A stretch of DNA of 64,000 nt from Marispirochaeta sp. (GTDB lineage Bacteria; Spirochaetota; Spirochaetia; JC444; Marispirochaetaceae). Under the pieces are notes generated by a model, which worked only from the letters and a program-made list of their open reading frames with translations, had not been told where the DNA came from and did not search any database. The translations under genes were made by a program, and so were the position numbers. The stretch is taken from contig CAXXFF010000002.1 in the NCBI GenBank assembly GCA_963676835.2, positions 864,001 through 928,000 on the forward strand. The letters run 5' to 3'. Of this stretch, positions 28,289-36,973 are shown one piece after another; position 1 is the stretch's first letter, and each line of letters starts with the position of its first letter.

Positions 28289-29601
28289 AAGAAGATCTTG
28301 TGAAAAAGGGCAAAATGACAGAAGTTTCCATTCCCTGGCTTGATGGAACCCGAACGATTGAAATTGATGAAGCGCTTATCAGGTTTATAGCCACCCCCAA
28401 TAATCCTGCTGCAGTTTCTGATCCCGATGCCGAGATTCTTGATGCCCTTAGAAATCCTGTAAAGTCTCCCGGCCTTAAAACCCTGATCGGGGATCCTGAA
28501 GGGAAGAAAGTTGCAGTTGTTATTGATGACAACACCAGGGTAACACCGGTGGAACGGGTTCTTACCGTTCTTGTCAAGGAGCTCGAAGTTCTGGGTGTCA
28601 GTCCCGAACAGGTTGTGGTGATCCTCGCCCTGGGCAGTCACCGTTATATGACCCCCGATGAAATCCGCAAGCGTGTAGGCGACTGGTGTTATGAACGGGT
28701 GTCCGTAATTAATCATGAATACAAGGATCCTGCAGAACTGGTGGATCTGGGAAAAACATCTCAGGGGACTCCGGTAATCATAAACAGGGTTTTCTATGAG
28801 AGTGATGTACGGCTCTGTATCGGGAATATAATTCCCCAGTTTATTGCCGGATGGTCCGGAGGGGCCAAGATCATTCAGCCGGGAATATCCGGAGCGGATA
28901 CAACTGCCCGGGTGCATCTGAACGGTTCTCTTACCTGGCCGAAGCGTCTTGGAAATGCCGAGAATGATATCCGCCATGATATGGAGGAGATTGCCGAACG
29001 GGCGGGGCTTCAGTTTATTATCAATACCATTCTGAACCTTGATGAAGATATCTATCGGGTTGTCGCCGGGGATGTTGTATCTGCCCACAGAAAAGGGGTG
29101 GAGTATGCAAAAGAGATCTACCAGCTGATTATCCCTGAACAGGCAGATATTGTTATTGCCGGCTCCTATCCGGCCAACAAGGATATGTGGCAGGCCGATA
29201 AAGGACTTGCAGCAGCGGTTCTGACGGTTAAACCCGGTAAGACGGTAATCTGGGCTGCTCCCTGTGTGGAGGGTGTAAGCCCGGAGCACCCCATCCTGCT
29301 TGAGCTTAAAGATACCCCGCCCCGGAAGGTATTTGATATGTGTGAGAACGGAGAAATCGATGATGTGGTGGGGGCCACCGCCCACATTATGATCGGGGTT
29401 ATGCGCGAAATGGCCAATGTGATCCTGGTGAGCGACGGAGTGTCCCGGAAGGAGTGTGAATCCATGGGAATATCCTGGGCTCCTAACCTCGAAACAGCTC
29501 TTAAGGATGCCCGGGCACGGGAAGGGGAAGCTGCCGGTATAGGTGTTATCACCCATGGTGCAGACCTGGCACCTCTGGTGGAGAACTCTTCTGTAAACTG
29601 A
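28285..29601 (+). CDS. LarA-family (nickel-pincer cofactor) racemase/epimerase homologue
   Basis: DDNTR, ALGSHR, AGWSGGAK, GDVVSAH and YP...D..QA.K motifs. Confidence 0.82.
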   Translation: MKEDLVKKGKMTEVSIPWLDGTRTIEIDEALIRFIATPNNPAAVSDPDAEILDALRNPVKSPGLKTLIGDPEGKKVAVVIDDNTRVTPVERVLTVLVKELEVLGVSPEQVVVILALGSHRYMTPDEIRKRVGDWCYERVSVINHEYKDPAELVDLGKTSQGTPVIINRVFYESDVRLCIGNIIPQFIAGWSGGAKIIQPGISGADTTARVHLNGSLTWPKRLGNAENDIRHDMEEIAERAGLQFIINTILNLDEDIYRVVAGDVVSAHRKGVEYAKEIYQLIIPEQADIVIAGSYPANKDMWQADKGLAAAVLTVKPGKTVIWAAPCVEGVSPEHPILLELKDTPPRKVFDMCENGEIDDVVGATAHIMIGVMREMANVILVSDGVSRKECESMGISWAPNLETALKDARAREGEAAGIGVITHGADLAPLVENSSVN

Positions 29602-29664
29602 TTTCCGGGTGTGACAATTTCAAAGAAATATAAAAAAAATTATGAAATAAATAATCACCGCAAG

Positions 29665-29676
29665 GGTCATTTGTCC
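29665..29676 (+). promoter_or_regulatory. GGACA-N2-TGTCC box C upstream of the TudS-like operon
   Basis: GGTCA-TT-TGTCC followed by T-run; TACTAT 23 nt downstream (29700). Confidence 0.72.
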
Positions 29677-29773
29677 TTTTTATTAAAAATCTAAGTGTCT
29701 ACTATTTCTTCAGAATCCGGCGGGAAGTCTTTACAGGACAGCCGCCGGAGGTCAGTGAGAGGAGGGATAGGGA

Positions 29774-30349
29774 ATGTCTTTGCATAAAGAGGATGCCAGA
29801 AGCGGCAAAGTAGTATTTGTCGCTAATTGTCTGCTGAATGCCAACAACAAAGTCCTTGAGCAGGCCCGCTACAAGGGAATGTTTTCCGAGGTGGTGGCTT
29901 CTCTGGACAAGCTTGGTCTGGGAGTAATGCAGATGCCCTGTCCCGAAACCCTCCACCTGGGTAACCAGCGCTGGTGGACCAGCAGAAACCTTTATGACAA
30001 CCCGGGATACCGGAAGCTCTGCCGGAAGATTGCGGACCAGATGGCTGACTATCTGGAAAGCTACCGCAATATCGGCTATCAGGTTCCGGCAATCCTAACC
30101 TGTGACGGTTCACCTTCCTGCGGCATTACCTGCTCCAGCTACTGCGAAGACTGGGGCGGCCGGCCCAAGGAGATACCCCGGACTCTTGTAAATAAACCGG
30201 GTGTTTTTATTGAAGAGTTGATGAGTGTAGTCAGTGAACGGGGACTTGAGTGTCCCTATATCTATGGTCTGAAAATGGATGACCATGGCGAGTCAAACGA
30301 ACAGATTATCAGGGATTTTGAAGACTTTCTGAAGAAAGAACTCAAGTGA
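29774..30349 (+). CDS. TudS/DUF523-related putative thiopyrimidine desulfidase
   Basis: NCLLN, MPCPE and GSPSCG Cys motifs typical of the [4Fe-4S] DUF523-like family. Confidence 0.72.
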   Translation: MSLHKEDARSGKVVFVANCLLNANNKVLEQARYKGMFSEVVASLDKLGLGVMQMPCPETLHLGNQRWWTSRNLYDNPGYRKLCRKIADQMADYLESYRNIGYQVPAILTCDGSPSCGITCSSYCEDWGGRPKEIPRTLVNKPGVFIEELMSVVSERGLECPYIYGLKMDDHGESNEQIIRDFEDFLKKELK

Positions 30350-30381
30350 AATCCTGATTTTAATAAGCATGGGAAACTAAA

Positions 30382-31581
30382 ATGAGCAACTTACTTAAGA
30401 CTAATTTTGCAGGTGTAGATTTACCAAACCCTTTTGTGCTGGCATCAGCGCCTCCGGCAACCAACCCGGAGATTATAGCCCGCAGTTTCGACCGCGGCTG
30501 GGGCGGGGCAATTATAAAAACTGTACAGTATACTCCCAGATGGACCAAAATAAACGTTACTCCCCGAATCCGTGCGGTTAAGGACAAGGGAAAAATCCTT
30601 GGCTTCACCAACTTTGAAATCGGCAGCCCCAAGACTCTGGATCAGTGGGCCGAAGGTATCCGCTGGCTGAAGGAGCGCTTTCCGGACCATGCGGTCTTCG
30701 GCAGTCTTATGCACACCGATGTTCTTAACGAGCATGAATGGCGGGAGGTTACCCGGATCTTTGATCAGGCCGGGGTGGACGGATTCGAGCTGAACCTTTC
30801 CTGCTCCCATGGACAGGCTGAGAGCGGTAACGGTGCAGCCCTGGGTGCCAATGCGGATATGGTGAAAATGGTAACCAGCTGGGTACGGGAAGAGACCAAA
30901 AAGCCGGTTATGCCGAAGCTCACCGCCCTTACCTTTGATGTTCCCGGAAAAGGGCTTGCCGCAAAAGAGGCCGGAGCAGATGCTCTTGCAGCTATTAACA
31001 CCTTAAGTTCCCTGCCGGGAATTGATATCGATACCTTCGCCCCCTACAGTACTGTAAACGGCCAGAGTGCATTTCAGGGACTGAGCGGAAGGGCTATCCG
31101 TCCCATTGCTCTTCGCTGTGTAGCCCAGCTTGCTGCAGCTACCGGACTGCCTATTTCCGCAACCGGCGGAGCCTACACCTGGCGGGACGCGGTTGAGTTT
31201 ATCCTCGCCGGAGCATCCACCATTCAGGTCTGTTCCGCTGTTATGGAATACGGTTACGGAATTATCGACAGTCTCAAAGAAGGGCTGGTGGATTACATGG
31301 AGACCAAGGGCTTCAAGTCCATCGATGATTTCTGCGGAAAAGCTCTGCCGAACATTACCAAACAGATAGAGCTCAGCCGGGATGTACGTCTTGCGGCGAA
31401 AGTTGATGCAGAACGCTGTGTGGGCTGCGGGCGCTGTGTAGACAGCTGTGCTGATAACGGTTACGGCGCAATCTGCATGGACGGAAAAAAGGCTGTGATA
31501 GATCCGGCAAAATGTGACGGCTGCGGACTCTGTACTCAGATATGTCCTGCATCCTGCATCACTATGACCGGAGCTAACTGA
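30382..31581 (+). CDS. preA: Dihydropyrimidine dehydrogenase PreA-like subunit with C-terminal ferredoxin domain
   Basis: NPFVLASAP, GWGGAIIKT, ELNLSCSHG, AINT, GLSG.AIRPIAL and two CxxCxxCxxxC motifs. Confidence 0.82.
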   Translation: MSNLLKTNFAGVDLPNPFVLASAPPATNPEIIARSFDRGWGGAIIKTVQYTPRWTKINVTPRIRAVKDKGKILGFTNFEIGSPKTLDQWAEGIRWLKERFPDHAVFGSLMHTDVLNEHEWREVTRIFDQAGVDGFELNLSCSHGQAESGNGAALGANADMVKMVTSWVREETKKPVMPKLTALTFDVPGKGLAAKEAGADALAAINTLSSLPGIDIDTFAPYSTVNGQSAFQGLSGRAIRPIALRCVAQLAAATGLPISATGGAYTWRDAVEFILAGASTIQVCSAVMEYGYGIIDSLKEGLVDYMETKGFKSIDDFCGKALPNITKQIELSRDVRLAAKVDAERCVGCGRCVDSCADNGYGAICMDGKKAVIDPAKCDGCGLCTQICPASCITMTGAN

Positions 31582-31589
31582 GGCGGTTT

Positions 31590-32987
31590 ATGAGAAGCGG
31601 CAACGATCTGAATCTTCTCAACGGAACTCTTATTTTTCCTGAAGCTGAAAGAACAGGAAGCATAGGCATTGCCGACGGGCTGATTACTCAGGTTGTAGAG
31701 AATGCAGAGGACCTGCTGCCCTCTTCCCGGGTAATTGATGCGGAAGGTATGCTTATCTTCCCGGGATTGATCGACTCCCATGTACACGTCCGGGGTGCCG
31801 GTTTCAGCTACCGGGAGGATTTCTCAAGCGGCTCCAGAGCTGCTGCTTCATCCGGTATTACCACCATTATGGAGATGCCCGGAACGGATATTCCCGCCAA
31901 TACTGCCGAACGCTTTCTGACACGTCTTGAAGAGGTGCGCCGGGACGGTGGAATCAGCTTTGCCATGTACGGTGCCGCCGGGGCGGACAACCTGAATGAG
32001 ATTGAGGGAATTGCCGCCGCTGGAGCCGTTGGATTCAAGACTTTTCAGATGGCGCCGGTCCCCGGAAGGGAGACCGAGTTCTACGGAATGTGTGCCGAAA
32101 CCTATGACGATCTGGTGGCTATTATGCAGCGGATTGCCCCCACCGGGCTTTCTCTTACTGTGCACTGCGAAAGCCAGGAGATAATCAACAGCAAAATGGC
32201 GGAGATCCGTGCCGCCGGCGGAAAAGACCTTATCGCATTCTGTGATTCACGGCCGCCGGAAGCCGAGACGGCTTCTGTCGATCTGGTTATTCGGGCGGCG
32301 GAGAAAACGGGCTGCAGAACGGTAATTGCCCACACAAGTACTCCCGAAGCGGTGGAAATGGTTCACGAGGCCAGGCTTCGGGGAGTGGAAGTCTACGTGG
32401 AAAGCTGTGCTCAGTACCTGAGCTTTGACAAAGAGCAGATGGCACCTCATGGAGTCTTTGCCCGGATGAAACCTCCTTTTCGGGACCGGGGCAGGGTTGA
32501 AAAACTGGCGGCTCTCTATAGTGCCGGAAAAATCGATATAACCGGAAGTGATCATGCTCCCCACACCCTGGAAGAGAAAACCAGGAATGGAGTGGATGAT
32601 ATATGGACCACCACCGACGGCCTTGCGGGACTTGAGATGACTTTTCCCATGCTCCTGAAACTGGTGGAGCAGGGAAAAATTTCCTACCGGTCCATTGCCG
32701 CATCGGCCAGTCAGAATACTGCGGAGTTTTTCAATCTTCCCTCCAAGGGGCGTATTGAAACAGGCAGGGATGCGGATCTGGTTCTGGTGTCTCTGGAAGA
32801 GAGAGAAACCGCTTTTGACAGAAACAGACTTCTGTGCAAATGCAGGGATGTCTGCCGAATCTACGAAGGCTTTTCCATGAAGCACAAAATTAACACAGTT
32901 ATAATCCACGGGAATGTTGCCCATTCTCATGGACAAACAGCAGACCGGAAGGGCTGCGCACAAATACTATTTCCGACTCAGAATTGA
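31590..32987 (+). CDS. Cyclic amidohydrolase (dihydroorotase/allantoinase family)
   Basis: IDSHVHVR, GITT..EMP, GFK, VHCE, AH, KPP.R, GSDHAPH and KGRI..G.DAD. Confidence 0.85.
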   Translation: MRSGNDLNLLNGTLIFPEAERTGSIGIADGLITQVVENAEDLLPSSRVIDAEGMLIFPGLIDSHVHVRGAGFSYREDFSSGSRAAASSGITTIMEMPGTDIPANTAERFLTRLEEVRRDGGISFAMYGAAGADNLNEIEGIAAAGAVGFKTFQMAPVPGRETEFYGMCAETYDDLVAIMQRIAPTGLSLTVHCESQEIINSKMAEIRAAGGKDLIAFCDSRPPEAETASVDLVIRAAEKTGCRTVIAHTSTPEAVEMVHEARLRGVEVYVESCAQYLSFDKEQMAPHGVFARMKPPFRDRGRVEKLAALYSAGKIDITGSDHAPHTLEEKTRNGVDDIWTTTDGLAGLEMTFPMLLKLVEQGKISYRSIAASASQNTAEFFNLPSKGRIETGRDADLVLVSLEERETAFDRNRLLCKCRDVCRIYEGFSMKHKINTVIIHGNVAHSHGQTADRKGCAQILFPTQN

Positions 32988-32999
32988 GCGGAGGAGGAT

Positions 33000-34391
33000 A
33001 TGAATATGGGGAAAACGATTGCGGAGCAGATAGCTTCGCTCTCCACATCACTTCGGTATGAAGATCTGCCGAAGGAAGCTGTTGATCACGCACGTATGCT
33101 GACATTGGATGTTCTTGCCTCCATGGTGGGAACCCGCAATGAAACGTCCAGCAAGATTGCCCGTGAAGTGGCCGAAGAGATGGCTGGTCCCGAAGAGGGA
33201 ACTATCGTCGGTTCTTCCAAAAAAGTGGCTCTGCCCAACGCGGCATTTGCCAATGCAATTCAGTGTTATGGACTGGATTTTGTGGACGATCATAATGAGT
33301 CCAACTCCCATCCTTCTCCCGCAACTTATCCCACAGCAATGGCACTGTGTGAAAACATGCACAAAAGCGGTAAGGAGTTCATCGAGGCTGTTGCCCTCGG
33401 TAACGAGGTTGTCTGCCGCATGGGAGCTGCCTACCTCGGTGATATGTACTACCAGGGATTCCACCCCACCAGTACCTGCGGCGCCATCGGAGCAGCGGTA
33501 ACCTCCGCCAAGCTGATGGGACTCAACGAGCAGGAGACTGCTTATGTTCAGGGTCTTGCGGGAAGTATGGTTTCAGGACTTATGTCATGGAACTCCCAGG
33601 GCTCCTGGTCAAAGCGCTACCAGGCCGGACACCCTGCGATGAACGCAATTATTTGCGCGCGGATGATTCAGAAGGGATTTAACGGACCCACCGATATCTT
33701 TGAAGGTAAAGATGGACTTCTCCATGCTTACTCCTTCAAGGATCACTATGATGCCTCAATCCTGACCAACGATCTTGGCAAAGAATGGATCTTCGCTACC
33801 TCCAGTATCAAGGTTTACCCCTGCTGCCGCTACTCTGCGGGACACCTCGATGCCTGTCTTGAGATCGTAGATAAATACGCACCAAAGCATGAGGATATCG
33901 AAAAGATCAATATCCGCTCTTCCAAGTACACCATGCGTCTTCTTGCTGAACCCCGGAAATGGAAACCCGGCAACCAGGTAGACCTCCAGTTCAGCATGCC
34001 TTTCCAGGCTGCAATTGCTTTTATTAACGGTAAAATTACCGTTGATGAGTTTGATGCCAAATACATCGGCGACCCCGAAGTTGACAGACTGATTGCTGCG
34101 ACCACAGTTGTGGAGGACGAAGAGTTCGAGCGCCGCTATCCTGAGCACTACTCCAGTGCGGTTGAGATCACCATGAAAGACGGCACAAAATACAGTGCAG
34201 TCATTGATGATCCCAAGGGAGACTGGCGGAATCCGGTAACCTACGAAGATGTTGTGGAGAAATTCCGCATCCTCGCAGACCGTACCTACGGAGACCCCGC
34301 ACGGACCCAGAAGATCATTGACTGGGTTGGAAAGCTTGATGAGCAGACCGACATGGCCGAACTGATGGCCCTCGTGAATGACGTAAAATAA
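33000..34391 (+). CDS. MmgE/PrpD-family protein
   Basis: AAFANA...LDF.DDH, SHP, GFHPT and KVYPCC motifs. Confidence 0.88.
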   Translation: MNMGKTIAEQIASLSTSLRYEDLPKEAVDHARMLTLDVLASMVGTRNETSSKIAREVAEEMAGPEEGTIVGSSKKVALPNAAFANAIQCYGLDFVDDHNESNSHPSPATYPTAMALCENMHKSGKEFIEAVALGNEVVCRMGAAYLGDMYYQGFHPTSTCGAIGAAVTSAKLMGLNEQETAYVQGLAGSMVSGLMSWNSQGSWSKRYQAGHPAMNAIICARMIQKGFNGPTDIFEGKDGLLHAYSFKDHYDASILTNDLGKEWIFATSSIKVYPCCRYSAGHLDACLEIVDKYAPKHEDIEKINIRSSKYTMRLLAEPRKWKPGNQVDLQFSMPFQAAIAFINGKITVDEFDAKYIGDPEVDRLIAATTVVEDEEFERRYPEHYSSAVEITMKDGTKYSAVIDDPKGDWRNPVTYEDVVEKFRILADRTYGDPARTQKIIDWVGKLDEQTDMAELMALVNDVK

Positions 34392-34400
34392 GGATTATAT

Positions 34401-35627
34401 ATGAACACAATTAAGTCCAACCCCGAGCGCATGCAGAGAAGGCTGGATGAGATTGCCGCAATTACAGAAGAGCCGGGTAGAATTACCCGGCGTACTTATT
34501 CTCAGGCCTGGGTGGAATCAACCCGCTATGTTACCGCCGAGATGGAAGCTGTCGGTATGACTGTACGGATGGATACCTTCGGTAATGTTATCGGTACCTA
34601 TAATCCCGGCAACAGTACAGAAAAACCCATCGGTATCGGATCTCACATAGACAGTGTGGTTGATGCCGGCGCCTACGACGGCGTTGCAGGAGTGGTTGTC
34701 GGCCTTGAGCTTATATCCATGATGCATGAGAACGGCATTGTTCCCGCATTTCCCATAGAGATTCTCGCTACCGCCGAAGAGGAAGGCGCTGTCTGTCAAC
34801 GCGGTTATTTCGGCGCACGCTTTATGGTAGGCGACATGACCATCGAAGAACTTCTCTCCTACAAGGATGCCAACGGCAAGAACCTTGAGGTGCTGCGAAA
34901 AGAGAGCGGCATTTTCGAGGATATTCCCTTCGGTACTGACAACGGCTGGGGTAAAGGCTACTATCAGCGTTTTTATGAAGTGCACGTCGAGCAGGGCGGA
35001 GTTCTTGAAGCCGCTGACTGCGACATCGGTATTGTAAAAGGTGTTGTAGGTATCGGTCGTCTCTTTATCGACTTCTTCGGCGATTCCTGCCATGCAGGTC
35101 CCACGGTTATGAAGGGCCGCAAGGATTCCATGGTTGCTGCATCAGATTTTATTCTCAAGTCCTGGGAAACCGGACAGAAACATTCCGGACATGCTGCTGC
35201 AACGGTTGCCCGTATTCATAACTATCCCAATATCCATAATGTTATCGCCGGAAAAACCTCGGTTGTATTTGACTACCGGGCGGATGATGACAGCCTTGGT
35301 GCAGAGATAGCGGAAGAGATGAAGGCATATGCCCTTTCTCTGAAAGAGAAATACGGTATAGGTGTCGAGATTATCCGCGAGGTCTACACCCCGGTAAAAC
35401 TCTTTGCAGAAAACCTGGTAAGTGAGATCCGGGCTCTTGATATGCCTAACTCGATGGACCTCTTCAGCTGGGCAGGTCACGATGCCAAGGCTTATGCCGA
35501 GGTGACAGATACCGCCATGATCTTCATGCCCAGTATCGGTGGTAAGAGTCACAGCCCCGATGAGTTTACCGACATAAAGAGCTTTCAGCTGGTGTGTGAC
35601 AATATAATTAATCTCTTTATAAATTAA
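34401..35627 (+). CDS. M20 Zn amidohydrolase (N-carbamoyl-amino-acid hydrolase / beta-ureidopropionase-like)
   Basis: GSHIDSV, GAYDG, EEEG, EVHVEQG, HAG, AGHDA and SHSPDE. Confidence 0.88.
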   Translation: MNTIKSNPERMQRRLDEIAAITEEPGRITRRTYSQAWVESTRYVTAEMEAVGMTVRMDTFGNVIGTYNPGNSTEKPIGIGSHIDSVVDAGAYDGVAGVVVGLELISMMHENGIVPAFPIEILATAEEEGAVCQRGYFGARFMVGDMTIEELLSYKDANGKNLEVLRKESGIFEDIPFGTDNGWGKGYYQRFYEVHVEQGGVLEAADCDIGIVKGVVGIGRLFIDFFGDSCHAGPTVMKGRKDSMVAASDFILKSWETGQKHSGHAAATVARIHNYPNIHNVIAGKTSVVFDYRADDDSLGAEIAEEMKAYALSLKEKYGIGVEIIREVYTPVKLFAENLVSEIRALDMPNSMDLFSWAGHDAKAYAEVTDTAMIFMPSIGGKSHSPDEFTDIKSFQLVCDNIINLFIN

Positions 35628-35743
35628 TTTTATAGATTATTCTTCCCGAGGATGATGTTTTTACAGGTAAAAAAGTTTGTTTATTTCCTTCCATTCCCCT
35701 CTTATGATTCGATTTTAAATTGAGGTTTAACAGTTACGGATAC

Positions 35744-35781
35744 TATTAGTGCTTGACGATATTAGTGAGTAGCACTAATAA
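35744..35781 (+). promoter_or_regulatory. higBA promoter with palindromic operator
   Basis: TTGACG-17-TAATAA, palindrome TATTAGTG-agtag-CACTAATA at 35760-35780, and an extra half-site at 35744. Confidence 0.65.
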
Positions 35782-35786
35782 TAAGT

Positions 35787-36068
35787 ATGATAAAAAGTTT
35801 CAGGAATAAGCTTGCAGAGAATATCTGGCAGCGTAAGCGTGTAAAAGGTTTTCCTTCCGATCTTTTTAAGATAGCAAGACGCAAGCTGGGGTTTCTTGAG
35901 GATGCTGTAAATTTAAAAGATTTACGGATACCTCCCGGGAACCGCTTGGAAGCTTTAAAGGGTAATCGGTCAGGGCAATATAGTATCCGAATAAATGATC
36001 AATGGCGTGTCTGCTTTCTGTGGGAAGATGGTAATGCCTTTGATGTCGAGATAACAGACTATCACTGA
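35787..36068 (+). CDS. higB: HigB (RelE/ParE family) toxin
   Basis: MIKSF, DLRIPPGNRLEALKG.R.GQYSIRINDQWR and DYH C-terminus. Confidence 0.93.
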   Translation: MIKSFRNKLAENIWQRKRVKGFPSDLFKIARRKLGFLEDAVNLKDLRIPPGNRLEALKGNRSGQYSIRINDQWRVCFLWEDGNAFDVEITDYH

Positions 36069-36093
36069 TGATTTGAGATGTGGGGGAGAGAAA

Positions 36094-36396
36094 ATGGATA
36101 AGCGACTAATAGAATTGTCAACGCCTGGTGAAATACTGAAGGAAGAGTTCCTCGACCCTATGGGTATTACCCCGTATGCTCTGGCTAAAGGTGTTCATGT
36201 TGATCCCCCCAGAATAGCTGCGATTATTAAGGGAAAGAGAAAGATTACTGCAGATACAGCTGTCAGATTTTCAAGGTTCTTCGGGACAACGCCGGAGTTC
36301 TGGATGAATATGCAGAGCCGTTATGATCTGGAAGTTCTGATGGAAGAGAAGAAAGCAGAAATGAACAAGATTAAGCAGTATCATAAGGCGTCATGA
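36094..36396 (+). CDS. higA: HigA antitoxin
   Basis: PGEILKEEFL, KRKITADTA and FGTTPEFWMNMQ. Confidence 0.93.
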   Translation: MDKRLIELSTPGEILKEEFLDPMGITPYALAKGVHVDPPRIAAIIKGKRKITADTAVRFSRFFGTTPEFWMNMQSRYDLEVLMEEKKAEMNKIKQYHKAS

Positions 36397-36516
36397 ATAT
36401 TCATCAATCAAGCAGTATCTGAATTTTTGTCTTATGTTGATCCTACATTATTTTGCAGCAGGACTATCCCGGGAGCTGATTCTCAGGCACACTAACTGGA
36501 GAAAGTATTCTTTAAT

Positions 36517-36753
36517 CTATCTGATAATTGATTCTTTGGCTAACTTATTTATTTGTCTACTGTTTTTCAATTGCTTGAAATTATGATCGTCATCTAAATC
36601 AACTGTTCCAAAAAGATCAATGATTCTTTCTTGTTTTCTGCGCTGAATAAATTCTTTTAAGGCTAAATTTACAGTTTCTTTCTTTGTCTTAATACCAGCG
36701 ATTCTTTGAGCAGTAAGAAGTAATTTATCATCAATTGCCAAGTTTGTAGACAT
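36517..36753 (-). CDS. vapB: VapB-like antitoxin, apparently orphan
   Basis: MSTNLAIDDKLL...TKKETVNLALKEFI with GAGGAGG RBS. No PIN toxin ORF follows. Confidence 0.75.
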   Translation of the reverse strand: MSTNLAIDDKLLLTAQRIAGIKTKKETVNLALKEFIQRRKQERIIDLFGTVDLDDDHNFKQLKNSRQINKLAKESIIR

Positions 36754-36973
36754 TAAAATCCTCCTCATCGCATAACTGTTTAAGGTTAAGCACAATGGAG
36801 TGTGTAGATCAAGATGAAGTTATTTCATTGAAGACAAATGCACTCTGCTGCAGAGAAAAACTCCATATGGACTTATTTTCTACCAAAAAAGCAGTTCGGA
36901 GTGATACTTTGTGTGAAAATTATACACGATTAAACTGTCATATAGCGGTGGATAAGGAGTTTTAATGTTAGCA

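Noticed and set aside
28270..29556. 428-aa antisense ORF, and other long antisense ORFs such as 52590-53408 and 39542-40330
   Set aside because: These are shadow frames fully overlapping well-supported genes, with no recognisable motifs.
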